Source: Scenedesmus sp. PABB004 (Eukaryota). From it: a stretch of DNA of 64,000 nt. This document shows, piece after piece, positions 24,101 through 36,187 of the stretch. The stretch lies in NCBI GenBank assembly GCA_014905635.1, contig JABVCE010000005.1:1426001-1490000 (forward strand). Reading direction: 5' to 3'. The notes beneath the pieces were generated by a model. That model was not told where the DNA came from. It ran no database searches and worked only from the letters and a program-made list of their open reading frames with translations. The position numbers and the translations under genes were made by a program. The first letter of the stretch is position 1, and every line of letters begins with the position of its first letter.

Positions 24101-26542
24101 GCGCAGAGCGTGAGCAGCGAGACCTCGGTCGGCGCGCCCAGCGGGACGTACGTCACACGCGCGCCCGCGCCGCCGCCCCGGGCGCGCCGCCTCGACGTCG
24201 CCGGGCGGCGACGCGCCGGCGGGCGGCGGCGACGCGTCGGGGGACGCGGCCTTGAGCGCCGAGTCGTTGCAGAGGAGCGCACCGGCCAGCAGCGCCTGCA
24301 GCCGCGCGAGCGGCTCGCCCGCGAGCGGCGCGCCGTCGCGCGCGCCGTCGCCGTCGTCGCGCGTGATGGCGCCCGCCGGCGCGTAGCCGACGCCGCTGAC
24401 AGCGTAGGCCCCGCCGCCGTGCGCAGCGCCACGACCGTCATCTCGTTCTTGGTCAGCGTGCCGGTCTTGTCGCTGCAGATGATGGTCAGGCTGCCCAGCG
24501 TCTGCGCGGCGCGGCGCGGCGCGGCGCGCGGGGCGCGCGGGGAGCGTCGGCGGCGGCGGCGGTGCGCGCGGCGCCGCCACGCGGCGGCGGCGCGGGGGGC
24601 ACCACGCGGCGCGGCGCGGCTGCGCTGCGCGGCGCCGCACCTCGACCGCGGGCAGCTGGCGGATGATGGCGTTGTTGCGCGCCATGACTGTCCGCGGCGG
24701 CGGCGGGCCGGCAAGTCGGCCCGGCGCCGCGGCCGCCGACGGGCGCCGCCCCCTGGCCAGCCGCGGCGACGCGGCTGCCGCGGGCGGCGGCGCCCCGCAG
24801 CCCGCGCCCCGCACCCCGCGCCCCGCGCGCGCCGCACCTGTGGTCCCGATGGCGAGCACGATGGTCACCATGGCGGGCAGGCCCTCGGGGATGATGGCGA
24901 CCGCGATCGCGACGGCGCTCTCAAACGCCAGCTTGAACCCCAGGCGCGCGCGCAGCAGGGCGAGCAGGAACGCGACGAGCGCGATGATCGCGACGAGGAT
25001 GGCAAGCCAGCGGCCCAGGATCTCGAGCTGGCGCAGCAGGTTGTTCTGCACCGTGCTCACCTGCGGCGCGCCCGGGCACGCGGCGCGTCGAGCCGGGGCC
25101 GCGCCGCCGCCGCCGCCGTCGTCGTGATCGTGGCCGGTCTCATGCCCCCCCCCCCCCCCATCGCCCTCCCTGCACACACACTACACTCACCGTGGAGACC
25201 ATGCGGCTGATCTGGCCGATCTCGGCGCTGTCGCCGGTGCCGACCACGACGCCCGTCGCGGCGCCGCTCGTGACATTGGTCGCCGAGAAGACCATGCACC
25301 GCCGGTCGCCGAGCGACGCCGACGCGCGCGCCGGCGCGAGCGACTTGCTCACGGGCACGCTCTCGCCCGTGAGCATGGCCTCCTGGACCTGCGGCGGCGG
25401 CGGCACGGCGCGGCGCGGCGCGGCTCGGCGCTCCGCCGCCGCCGCCGCGCCCCCCGTCGCGCTGCCCACCTTCCCCACGCTGCCTGCCAGGGAACGACCG
25501 CGCGGCGGCGGCCTGCGCACCTGCAGGTTGGTCGCCGCGATGAGCCGCATGTCGGCGGGCACCTTGTCGCCGCTGCGCAGCTGCACGATGTCGCCCGGCA
25601 CGAGCGCGTCGGCGGGCAGGCTGAGTAGCTCCCCGCCGCGCAGCACGCGCGCGCTCTGGCTCAGCATGGCCTTGATCGCCTCCGCCGCGCGCTCCGCCTT
25701 GCCCTCCTGGATCAGCCCGATCGCTGCGCAGCGGAGGGGCGCGTCAGGCGGGCGCGCGAGAGATGCTGGCGCACGCGGGGCGGTCGCGCGCCGCAGGCCG
25801 CCGCAGGCCGCCGCAGGCGCGGCGCGGCGCGGCACGCCCACCCGTGTTGACCAGGATCACGCCCAGCACGAGCCCAAACTCCGCCCACGACTGCAGCGCG
25901 CCCTCCACGATCGCCGCCTGCGCGCCGCGCCGTGCGCGCGTGGGCCGCGGGTGAGTCGCGGCGGCCCGGGGCGGCGCCGCGCCGCGCGCCGGCAGAGCGC
26001 GCGCCGCGTGCGCTCTCAAGCGCGCGCGCGCGCGCGTGTTCGTCGGCCGCGCACCGCGGTGAGGATGAAGATGAGCACGTTGTTGAGCTGATCCCACACC
26101 TTGCGGAGCACGCCCGGCTTGTCAGGCGGGGTGAGGCGGTTCGGGCCGAAGTCGGTCAGCCGGCGCGCGGCCTCCGCGCCGCTCAGCCCCCGCTCCGCGT
26201 CGCTGGCCAGGTCCGCCACCACCTGCAGCGGCGGCGGGCGGGGACGGGTGGCGTCAGGAGGAGCGCAGCAACGCTTGCGTGAGCGGCGCCGGCGCAAAAC
26301 AACATACGCGAGCGGCGCGCAGCGGCGCCGCGCGCCTCTGCGGCCGTGTCCACGGCGTGCCAGGGGATCTCGTCGCCGTCGGCGTCAATCGCCACGGCGC
26401 CATCCACACTAGCGGCGAGTTGGCTGCGCTTGGCGAGCGAGATTATGGACGCCTTGTCGAGGGCCACAGGCGCGCTCTTCTTCGACAGCCGCGCCAGCCC
26501 GGTGCTGCGCTTGGACAGCCGGGCCAGCGGAGGCGTCGCCAT
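21167..26542 (-). CDS. Type II cation-transporting P-type ATPase (PacL/CtpF-like), about 17 exons
   Basis: Motifs TGES, PEGLP, phosphorylation site [44 protein letters not shown] and [10 protein letters not shown]. Two compensating frame breaks at ~24410 and ~24180. Four GC-AG introns. Confidence 0.95.
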
Positions 26543-27310
26543 GGCCGCAGAGAGCGCTGCAGCGCCGACGCTGCAGCGCTCGCCGCCGCTGCTGTGTGAC
26601 CGGGGGGGCGCTATCCGCGCGCTGCTACGTCTGACACACGTGTGGGAGGCAGGGCATAGTGTGAGCTGGAGTGCACGGCTAGAGCGAATGGGTGGCGCGC
26701 CGCGGGGTTTGAGGTTTGCCTCGCAGGCTACGCCGCGCGGCGCCGTGGCCTGGAAGCCGTGGCCTGGGCGGGCCAATTGCGTGGCGCGGGCCGGCCCCGC
26801 GCGCCGCCCGAGCGGCGGCAGCACGGGCGGCGCGGTCGACCGCGCAGCACGGCGCGCCAGCGGTCGCCCTTGCGCAGCGCGGGTGCGGCGACGGCTCACG
26901 GCGGCGTCTGGGCGCAGCGGGCGCGCCCACGCACACTGCGCCCGGTCGGAGAGAGAGGGGGGCGCCCGCCGCCGCGCGCGCCGCGCCGCGCTGCGCCGCG
27001 TCGCACGGGTTTGAACGCCACGCCGCTAGACCTAGACCGCGACGGCCGCGCCGCTCGTTCACCGCGCCCTCCGCGTCTCGGGGGCATCGCCCGGCACCGC
27101 GGAGCCCGCAGCGCACGCCCCGCCCCCCCCGCAGCCGATCATCCCCGCCCGCCCGCCCCGCCCGCCGCGCCGGGGCCCCGCCAGCCGCCCCGGCGCAGGC
27201 CAGCGCCTGGCGCCTGGGCCAGCGCCGGCCACGCGCCCGCCTGCCGCCCGCGCCGCGGGCGCGCCCGCCCGGCAGGGCAGCAGCGGCAGCAGCAGGCGAG
27301 CCGGGGCGCC

Positions 27311-30300
27311 ATGGGGAGCGTGGAGATCAACAAGGAGACCTTCGCGCGCCGCGTGAAGCTGCTCTACGACACATGGAAGGTCGGGGCCCGCCCGCCCGGC
27401 CCGGCGCGGCCACGCGGCCGCGCAGCAGCGCCGCGCAACCGCCGCGCCGCCGCCGCCGCCGCCGCCTCGCAGGCAAAGCGCGCGGAGCTCTGGGACGGCG
27501 CGACGTCGCTGGCGGTCATCGTGGGCGGCACGAGCGAGGACCTGCGGTACCTGAAGTCCATCTCGCTGCACCTCTGGCTCTTCGGCTACGAGCTGCCGGG
27601 TGCGCGCCGCGCGCGCAACTGCTGCTGCTGCAGCTGCAGCTGCGGCGGCGGCCTTGCTGCGGCAGCCGCATCACAGCGACATCAGGGGCGGCGCCCGGCG
27701 GGGCCCGGGGCGGCGCGGCGCGGGCAGGGCGGGCGGCGGCGGCGGCGGCGCGGGCGCGCGCCCGCCCGCCGCGGCGGCACAGCAGCGGCCCGGCCCGGCC
27801 TGGAGTACACACACACACACACACACACCCGCGCGGCGCCGCCACCGCCGCCGCTGCCGCGCAGACACGCTGATGGTGCTCACTGACAGCGCGATGCACA
27901 TCCTCACGAGCAGCAAGAAGGGTGCGGCGGCGGCGGCGGCGGCGGCGCGCCCGCGCGCCAGGGTCCCCCCTGCCCCGCGCACCGCACCGCGCCGCCGCCG
28001 CCACGCCGCCGCCACGCCGCCGACGCGCACCGCCCGGCCGCCCGCGCCCCCTGCGCGCGCAGCGTCGCTGCTGGAGCCGCTGAAGGAGGCCCTGTCGGGC
28101 GTGACCGGCGCCGAGCTGTGCCTCGTCGTGCGGGCCAAGGGCCAGGAGCAGGAGCAGCTGTCGGTGCTGCTCGACGCGGCGCGCGCCGCGGCGCCGCCGC
28201 GGCTCGGCACGCTGCCCAAGGAGGCGCACAGCGGGCAGCTCGCGCAGCTCTGGGCGGCCGCGCTCGCCGAGTCAGGGCTCGACACCGCCAACGTCACCGA
28301 CGGTGACCCGCCGCGCGCGGGGGGGGGGGGGGGGGGGGTGGGGGGGGCAGCCCGCGGCGCGGGGGCCCCTCCCGCGCGCCCGCGCCTGCGCCGCTCCTCC
28401 CAACAACCTCTGCCCCCCCCCCCTGCCCTCCCAAGGCTTTGCCGACCTGTTCTCGGTCAAGGACGAGGGCGAGGTGCTGTGCGTGAAGAAGGCCGCCTTC
28501 CTCGCGTCCAAGGTCATGGGCGGCTACGTGGTGGAAAAGATCGAGGACGCGATCGACAAGTCCAAAAAGGTCAAGCACACCCAGCTCAGCGGTGCGGCGC
28601 CCCGCGCGCGCCGCGCGCACGCCCGCCCGCCGCGAGGCTTGCCGCGGGCTCGCCGCGCTCGCCGCGGCGCTCTCACCGTGGCGCTCGCCGCGCCGGCGTG
28701 ACGCGCGCCGCGCTGCCGCGCCGCTAACCGCGCACCGCGCCGTGCCCCCCGGCAGAGATGACGGAGGCGGTCATCCTGGACCCGCCGCGCGCGGGCATCA
28801 AGCTCAAGGCCGACAACGTCGACATCGCCTTCCCGCCCCTCTTCCAGAGCGGCGGCGCGTACGACCTGCGCCTCAGCGCCTTCTGCGACGACGGCACGCT
28901 GCACGACGGTGCGCGTCGCACGGCACAGCGCCGCGGCGCGCGGCGCCGCGGGGCTGTCGGCGCGCGCACCGCGGGGCCGCGGGGCGAAGGGCTGCGCGCG
29001 CGGCGCGCGTGGCCAGGCACACGCGCCCCCTAATTCCTCCCTCCCACCTTCCCGCCTCCCCGGCCCCCGCCCGCCCGCGCGCCAGGCGTGATCGTGGTGA
29101 GCTTGGGCGCGCGGTACCAGAGCTACTGCGCGAGCGTGGGGCGCACGTACCTCATAAACCCCAGCAAGGAGCAGGAGGGGCAGTACGCCGCGCTGCTCGC
29201 CGCGCACGAGGCCGCGTGCGCCGCGCTCGTCGAGGGCGCGCCCGCAAAGGCCGCGATGGAGGCGGCGGTCGCGGTGCGTGCCCGCGCGCGCGTCCCGCGG
29301 CGCCTCGCGGCGCCGCCCGCCGCGCGCCGCGCGCCGCGCGCCGAGCGCCGCGCGCCGCGCGCCGCCCGCGCCCACGCCCCGGCGCCCGCCCGCCGCCGCG
29401 CCCGCCGCCGCCGCGCGCGCGCGCGCGCGCGCGCAGTCGCTGCGCGGCAGCGCGCACCCGGAGCTGGTGGAGAAGCTGAGCAAGACCGTGGGCTTTGGCA
29501 TGGGCCTGGAGTTCAGGGAGGGTGCGCTGCCGCCGCCGCCGCCGCCGCCGCCAGCAGCCGCTGCGCGTCCGGGCCGCCGCTCCCCGCCCGGCCCCTCAAG
29601 CGCCGCCGCCGCCCCTTGCCCCTCTGCTGCCTAAACCCTGCCCCCTAAACCCTAAACCCTGAACCCTGCCCCCGCCGCCCCTCCAGGCATGAACGTGCTC
29701 AACACCAAGAACGCCCACCCGCTGCGGCCAGGGCAGGTGTTCAACGTCGTGCTCGGCGTCAGCGGCCTGGCGCGCGACGACGCGCCGGACCCGCGCGGCC
29801 GCGTGTACGCGCTGCAGGTGCGCGCGCGGCGCGCGCGCCGGCGCGGCCCGGGCGGGCGCCCGGCCGCCGGCCCGCGAGGGGCTGCTGGCTGCGGCACGCG
29901 CGGCACACGCGTGGCACACGCGTGGCACACGCGTCACGCGCATCGCCACGCGTCACGCGCGCCGCAGATCGCCGACACGGTCGTGGTTAAGCCGGGCGGC
30001 GCGCCGCCCGAGAACCTGTGCGGCGCGGCGACCAAGGCGTGGGACAAGGTCAGCTACGTCCTCAACGACGACCAGGAGGTGCGCCGCGCCGCCTGCGACC
30101 CGCCTGTCCGCTGGCCGGGGCGGGCCGTGCGCGTGCTGGGGCGGGGGGAGGGGGGGGGGCTCGGCCTGCCGGCGCCGCCCACACGCGCCGCGCCGGGTCG
30201 CCCACGCGCGCCGCGCCGCGTCGCTGGCTGCTGCCGCGCCACACGTCGCCGCCGCCGCGGCTTGCAGGAGGACGCGCCGGACGCGCTGGAGGAGGTGACC

Positions 30301-33300
30301 AACCAGGCGGGGCTGCTCGGGCCCAAGAAGCTGCGCAGCGACGACCCAAACTTCAAGTCCAGCGAGCAGATCAGGCGCGCGCGCGGCCCGGCCCGGGCGC
30401 CGCCCGCCGCACCGCGCCGCGCCGCGCTGTCGCCCGCCCGCCTCGCCGCCGCGCCGCGCCGACGCCCGCCCGTCCGCCGGCGGCGTGCCGCGCGTGCGGC
30501 GCAGGCGTGAGAAGCAGGAGGACCTGCTGAAGCAGAAGAACGAGGAGACGCTGCGCCGCCTCACCGCGCAGGCGGCGGGCGCGGCAGAGGCGGCCGAGGC
30601 GGGCAAGGGGCGGCTCGTCAGCCAGGTGTGTGTGCGCGCGCGCGGGGGCGAGGAGGGCGAGGAGGGGCACTGCGCGGCGCGGCAGGGCGCCGCCGACCCA
30701 CGGCCCGCACGGCCCCTGCCCGTCCGCCCTCGCCCCGCAGGTCCAGGCGTACCGCAGCGTCGCGGACCTGCCGGCAGCGCGCGACCTGCAGGTGCGCGCC
30801 GCGCCCCGGCCGCCGCCGCGCCGCGCCGCGCCCCGCCGCGCCCGCCAGCCCTCACCTCCGGGCGTCGCCGCGCGCGCGGCCGCGTCGCTGTGCCGGGCAG
30901 GTCGTGGTGGACAGCCGCGCGGAGGCGCTGCTGGTGCCCATCTACGGCGTCATGGTCCCCCTGCACATCACCGCCGTGCGCAACGTCTCGCACACCGCCG
31001 AGCAGGAGAGCAACGGCGCGATCATCCGCATCTCACTCAACTTTGGGTGCGCCGCCGCCGCGCGTCGCGTCGCGCGGGCGCGCGTGCAGGAGCTTGTGTG
31101 TGTGTTGGTGCCGAGCGCGGCGTGCGGCGCGCGTGGGCGCCCGCCCGCGCGTCCGTCCTCTGCGCCGCCCACACGCTCGTCCGCGTCCGCCGCCGCCGCC
31201 GCCGCCGCCGCGCCCCGCCGCCGCGCCGCTGTTCGTGCGCAGCACCACGTACGAGCCCGCCCAGAAGTTCCCGTCGCTGGTGTTCCTCAAGGAGCTCTCC
31301 TTCCGCACCAGCGACGCAAAGCACGCGCAGCGCGTCGTCCAGGCGCGCGCGGCGCGGCACGCCCGCGCGGGGGGCCGGGCCGCCGTGCAGGGGCCAGCGC
31401 GGCGCGGCAGGGGCCCCCTCCCCCCGCGCTGTGCGCCCGCCGGCCCGCCCGCCGTGCCCGCTAACCGGCCGTCCGCCGCCGCCACGGCTGCGGCCGCTGG
31501 TGCCGCGCGCAGGAGGCCAAGACGCTGCGCAGCACGGTGCTGCACCGCGACAAGGAGCGCGCGGAGCGCGCGACGCTCGTGGCGCAGGAGAAGCTTGTGC
31601 GGGGCAAGGTGCGGCGCGGCGCCCGGCGCGGCGCAGGGGCGCGCGGGGGCGGCGCGGCGGCGCGCGGGGCGACGCGGCGAGCTTGCGGCGCCCGGCCCTG
31701 CCCCGGCCGGGCCCCGTCTAGAACCCCCCTCGTGCGCTCTCGCTTGCTGACCCCCCCCCCCCAATCCCCGCCCGCGCAGCGCGTGTTCCGCCTGCCCGAC
31801 CTCTGGGTGCGCCCGGGGCTGGGCGGCAAGGGCCGCAAGATGCCCGGCACGCTCGAGGCGCACCACAACGGCTTCAGGCGCGTGCCGTGCACGCCGCGCC
31901 GCCGCCCCCTCTCCCCTCTCTCCCTCCCTCCCTCCCTCCCTCCCTCCCTCTCTCTCCCCCTCTCTCACTTTCTCCCTCCCTCTCCCACACGCCCCCCGCC
32001 CCCGCCCCTCCCTGCCGCCCCACGCCCCCCCTGCCCCCACCCACCTCGCGCTCTCATCCCAACCCTCTCTCCTAAACCCAGGTACACCAACCCCAAGGGC
32101 GAGGGCCTGGACGTGATGTACCGCAACGTGCGCTACGCGTTCTTCCAGCCCGCCGACAACGACATGATCACCCTCCTCCACTTCCACCTCCACCACCCGA
32201 TCATGCTCGGCAACAAAAAGACCAAGGACGTCCAGTTCTACGCAGAGGTGCGGCGCCGCCGGCTGGCCGAGTGCTGGGAGGCCGGGCTGGCCGAGCTCAG
32301 AAACAAGCGAAAGCCCGGCGGCCGGCGGGGCGCGGCGCGTGCGGCCAGGCGGCCCGCCGCGCAGCGCGGGCCTCACGCGCCTCACCCGCCTCACGCCCCG
32401 CCCCGCCCCCGCCCCGCCGCCAACGCGCCACGCGCCGCGCCGCGGCCAGGTGGTGGACCTGGTGCAGACGCTGGACGGCGGGCGGCGCAACATGTACGAC
32501 CCGGACGAGATCGAGGAGGAGCAGCGGGAGCGGGAGAAGCGCAACAAGATCAACGCCGACTTCAACCAGTTTGTGCGCCGCGTCCAGGTGCGTGGGTCTG
32601 GGTGTGCGCGTGTGTGCGTGTGTGTGTGCGTGTGCGTGTGCGTGTGCGTGTGCGTGTGCGTGTGCGTGTGCGTGTGCGTGTGTGTGTGTGTGGGGGGGGG
32701 GGGGGTTCCTGGTGTCGTGTCGCGGCGTCGTGCCGCGGAGCGGAGCGGGCGAGCGTGACGCCGCCGGCCCGCCGCGACCAACTCCCGCCGCTGCGCCGCG
32801 CGCGCGCGTCCAGGAGCACTGGGAGCGCGAGTTCCCCGACCTGCAGCTGGAGTTTGACATCCCCTTCAGGCGCGCAGCCGCACGACCACCCCGCCCCGCC
32901 GCCGCACGCGCCGCGCGCCGCGCAGCACACGCAGCACGCGACGCGCTCGCTCCCCCGCCCGCCGCGCGCCGCGCGCGCGCGCCCCGCGCGCCGCGCAGGG
33001 AGCTCGGCTTTGAGGGCGTGCCCAACCGCGAGACGGTGATGGTGCTGCCGACGGTCAACTGCCTCGTCGAGCTGAGCGTGATGCCCTTCACCGTCGTCCC
33101 GCTCAGCGACATCGAGATCATCAACCTCGAGCGCGTGGGGTTCAACCTCAAAAACTTCGACATGGCCATCGTCTTCAAGGCGCGCCGCCGCGCCGCGCGG
33201 GGGGGGGGGGGGGCGGGGGGCCGCGCGCTGCTGCCGCCGCAGAGCGGCGCGGCTCAGCGTGAGCGCGCCGCCGGCGGCCGGCGTCCTGTCTCACGGCCGC

Positions 33301-34419
33301 GCGCCTGCCGCCGCGCGCCACCCCGCCGCCCCCGCCGCCCGCGCCCCCGCGCCGCGCCGCGCCCGGCGCCGCGCAGGACTTTAGCCGCGACGTGCTGCGC
33401 ATCGACGCGGTGCCGAGCAAGAAGCTGGACACGATCAAGGAGTGGCTGACGAGCGTGAAGATCAAGTACTACGAGTCCAAGATGAACCTCGCGTGGAAGC
33501 CCATCCTCAAGCACATCCTGGAGGACCCGCAAGCCTTCATCGACGAGGCGCGTTTGCGGGGGGCGCAGCGCGGGGCGCGGGGCGCGGGGAGCGGGGCGCG
33601 GGCGGCGCGGCGCGGGGAGCGGGCGGGGGGGGGGGGGGGAGCAGGAGCGGGAGCGGGGAACGAGAGCGGGAGCGGGAGCGGGAAGAGGAGGGACGGGAGG
33701 GCGGCAAGAGGGAGGGCGGGGCGCGGAGGGCGGTGGCGAGGTGGTGGTGCTGGTCTGAGCGCGCGCCGCCGCCCGCCTGCGCCGCGCGCGCCTGCCTCCC
33801 GCGCAGGGCGGCTGGGCGTTCCTGGACCTGGAAAAGTCGGACGGCGAGGACGACGAGGAGGAGGCGAGCAGCGAGGGGTTCAACCCCGGCAGCGCCGCCG
33901 AGGAGGAGGAGGAGTCGAGCGACGACATCAGCGACGAGGTGACCGCGCAGCGGCCTGCCTGCGGCGCCGCGGTCGCCCGCACCCCCGCGCGCCGCCGCGC
34001 CGCTCCACCCGCCCCCGCCCACGCTCCTCCTGCTGCCCGCCCACGCGCGCGCGCGCGCCCGCCGCCGCGCTCCCGCCGCCGCGGCGGCGCAGGACGCGTC
34101 GGTGGTGGACAGCGACGACCTGGACGAGGAGGGGGAGGGCGAGGAGGAGGACGAGTCGGAGGGCCTCACCTGGGAGGAGCTGGAGAAGGAGGCCATGCGG
34201 TGCGCCGCGGCGCACGGGGCGCGGCGGGCGGGCGGCCGGGCGGGCGCGGGCGGCGGGCGAGAAGCGGCGGCGGCGGCCGGCCGGCGGCGCGGCGGGGAGG
34301 GCATGTGCGGGGCGCGCCGCGGAGCCCGACCTCCGCGCGCCGCGCGCCGCGCGCAGGGAGGACAAGCGGCGCGCGGAGCAGGAGGACAGCGACGACGAGC
34401 GGCCGCGCAAGAAGAGCAA

Positions 34420-34458
<39 letters not shown>

Positions 34459-34471
34459 GAAGCGGCGGTGA
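27311..34471 (+). CDS. SPT16: FACT complex subunit SPT16, about 25 exons
   Basis: Segments YLKSISLHLWLFGYELPDT, SLGARYQSYC, LVPIYGVMVPLH, GTLEAHHNGFRY, KKTKDVQFYAEV, LERVGFNLKNFDMAIVFKDF, LAWKPILKHILEDP and the acidic tail GLTWEELEKEA. Confidence 0.97.
29630..29668 (+). repeat. Short interstitial telomere-like (CCCTAAA)n tract in an SPT16 intron
   Basis: Sequence CCTAAACCCTG-CCCCCTAAACCCTAAACCCTGAACCCTG. Confidence 0.75.
32609..32691 (+). repeat. (GTGTGC)n/(GT)n microsatellite in an SPT16 intron
   Basis: Visible tandem hexamer array. Confidence 0.9.
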
Positions 34472-34936
34472 GCGCCGTCACAGCACGCGGCGCGCGCGGT
34501 CGGCGCGCGGCTGTTCCCCCTGTACATTGGGCGGGGTGGGCAGCGGGCGGGAGTTGGCGGGTTGGACGCGGCGGGAGGCTGCTGTTCAGCCGCGCGCGGG
34601 GCGGCGGCGCGGCGACGGCGCCGGCGTGCAAACCCCCGCGGCGCAGCTTCCCGAGCCCCGCGCAGCTCCCCCAAGCAGCCAGGTGACCTCGCCAGCCCGG
34701 CGGCGGGCGTGTGCAGGCCTCGCCGCGCGGCCGCAGAGCAGCAGCTGCCACCGCGCGGAGCACGCGGCCCTGCGGCCTTTCCCTCGGCTCGAAAAAGCAC
34801 CTAGGAGCTTTTCGCGGAGCGGCCAGCAGCTGGACGCGCCCCAACAGCGCCCGGCGAGCACTACGCGCACGCGAACGGGCGCCGTGGCCCCATGGCACGC
34901 GCAGGAGCCGGGGCGAGCTCAGCTCAGTAACGAGGC

Positions 34937-35542
34937 ATGCCGCCGCGCGTCCAGGACGCGCAGCGGCCGCGCGCGCGCACGCCGCCGGCCGGCGGCGCAG
35001 CAGCAGCGCCAGCCAGCGGGCCGCGCGTGCGGGAGCTGCCGCGCGGCACGACGGTGGTCAACCTGCTCGGCACGGCCGTCGTGGAGAAGCCGCCGGGCGC
35101 GAGCAAATCATGGATTGGCTGGTGGGAGGCGCACGCGCGCCAGCAGCGCACGGCGTGCGCGGCGGAGGGCTGCGGCCGCACCGACGCGCTGTCGGGCGGG
35201 CACGTCAAGGTCGCGGCGTCGCCGGCGACCGCCGCGCTGTTCCACACGGCCTGGTGGATCGTGCCGGCGTGCCCGGTCCACAACCGGGGGTCGAGCTGCA
35301 AGACCTTCCGCGTGCGCAGCGTGACCGCGGTCGAGGCGCCGCCGCGGCTCGGCGACCGCGTGAAGAGCTGGCGCGCCGACATCACCAAGCTCGGCCGCGC
35401 GCTCGCGGGCGGCGGTGACGCCCGGGCCGCCCGCTGCGCAGCAGCTGCTGCGCCGCGGGGCGGCGCGGCCGCTGGCGGCGCGCGGGCGCGCGCCCGCAGG
35501 CGGGCGGCGCCCGCGTCGCGTGGTGCGGCTGCGGGGGTATAA
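34937..35542 (+). CDS. Apparently intronless small Cys/His protein, HNH/Zn-finger-nuclease-like
   Basis: Compact non-repetitive core VVNLLGT..SWIGWWE..CAAEGC..GGHVK..WWIVPACPVHN with coding-like codon usage. Confidence 0.65.
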   Translation: MPPRVQDAQRPRARTPPAGGAAAAPASGPRVRELPRGTTVVNLLGTAVVEKPPGASKSWIGWWEAHARQQRTACAAEGCGRTDALSGGHVKVAASPATAALFHTAWWIVPACPVHNRGSSCKTFRVRSVTAVEAPPRLGDRVKSWRADITKLGRALAGGGDARAARCAAAAAPRGGAAAGGARARARRRAAPASRGAAAGV

Positions 35543-35671
35543 TGTGCGTGTGAAAGGTGATGATGAGTGCGTGATGATGAGTCGTGCGACGGCTGCCTCG
35601 CACGACGGGGTGACTGGCCCCTCGCGAGCGCCGGCATGGCAGCAAACGCGTCTCCGAGCGCCCGACGCTGC

Positions 35672-36005
35672 TCAGCTGGCGCCGTCCACGCGGCGCAGCT
35701 CGCCAAAGAGCTCCCCGCAGGCTTTGCACTTGCCGCCGGTGGCCTGCCTCATCGCGCAGCGCCGGCAGAGCGTGGAGTGGCCGCTGCGGGCGGGCGTGCG
35801 GGGGGGCAGCGGGCGCGTTGGAGCGGGAGCAGCGCTTTGCGCCGCCGCAGGCTCCTGCAGCACCCCCTTGACCCTCGCACCAGGGCACGCAGGCGTAGGC
35901 GATCGGCGCCGTCTTGCACGCGGCGCACGCGGCGCCGCTGTCGACGCTGCTGCTGCCGGCGCCGCCCTGCGGGCTGCTGGCTGCCGGGGCGCTGCCAGGC
36001 TCCAT
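35672..36005 (-). CDS. Small RING-HC (C3HC4) zinc-finger protein, 2 exons
   Basis: Spliced sequence CAAC-x11-CGHSTLCRRC-x9-CKAC. One GT-AG intron splits the third Cys codon. Confidence 0.85.
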
Positions 36006-36187
36006 GTTCGCTCTCTCCACCGCCGCCGCGAGAGTGGGCGGGCGGAGAAATTAGAAACGCGGCTCTAGCGGCGCAGCTGCAGCGGCGGCACCGGTCTCGT
36101 GACTGCTCCGTCGCCGCGGTCCGCCCGCCAGAATTCAGCAATTGAAATCCAGCGGCGCCCGTGCAGCGCGCCGCTTCAAGATTCACG

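Noticed and set aside
29630..29668. Chromosome end or telomere
   Set aside because: Only a few degenerate units, lying inside an intron of an intact gene
31905..32070. Long C/T-rich tract as a triplex or regulatory element
   Set aside because: Simple intronic low-complexity sequence with no further support
27380..34360. Introner-like mobile introns (many short introns of similar size)
   Set aside because: By eye the introns share only low-complexity GCGC/CCG content and splice signals. No alignable family, terminal inverted repeats or target-site duplications were seen; an all-vs-all alignment would be decisive.
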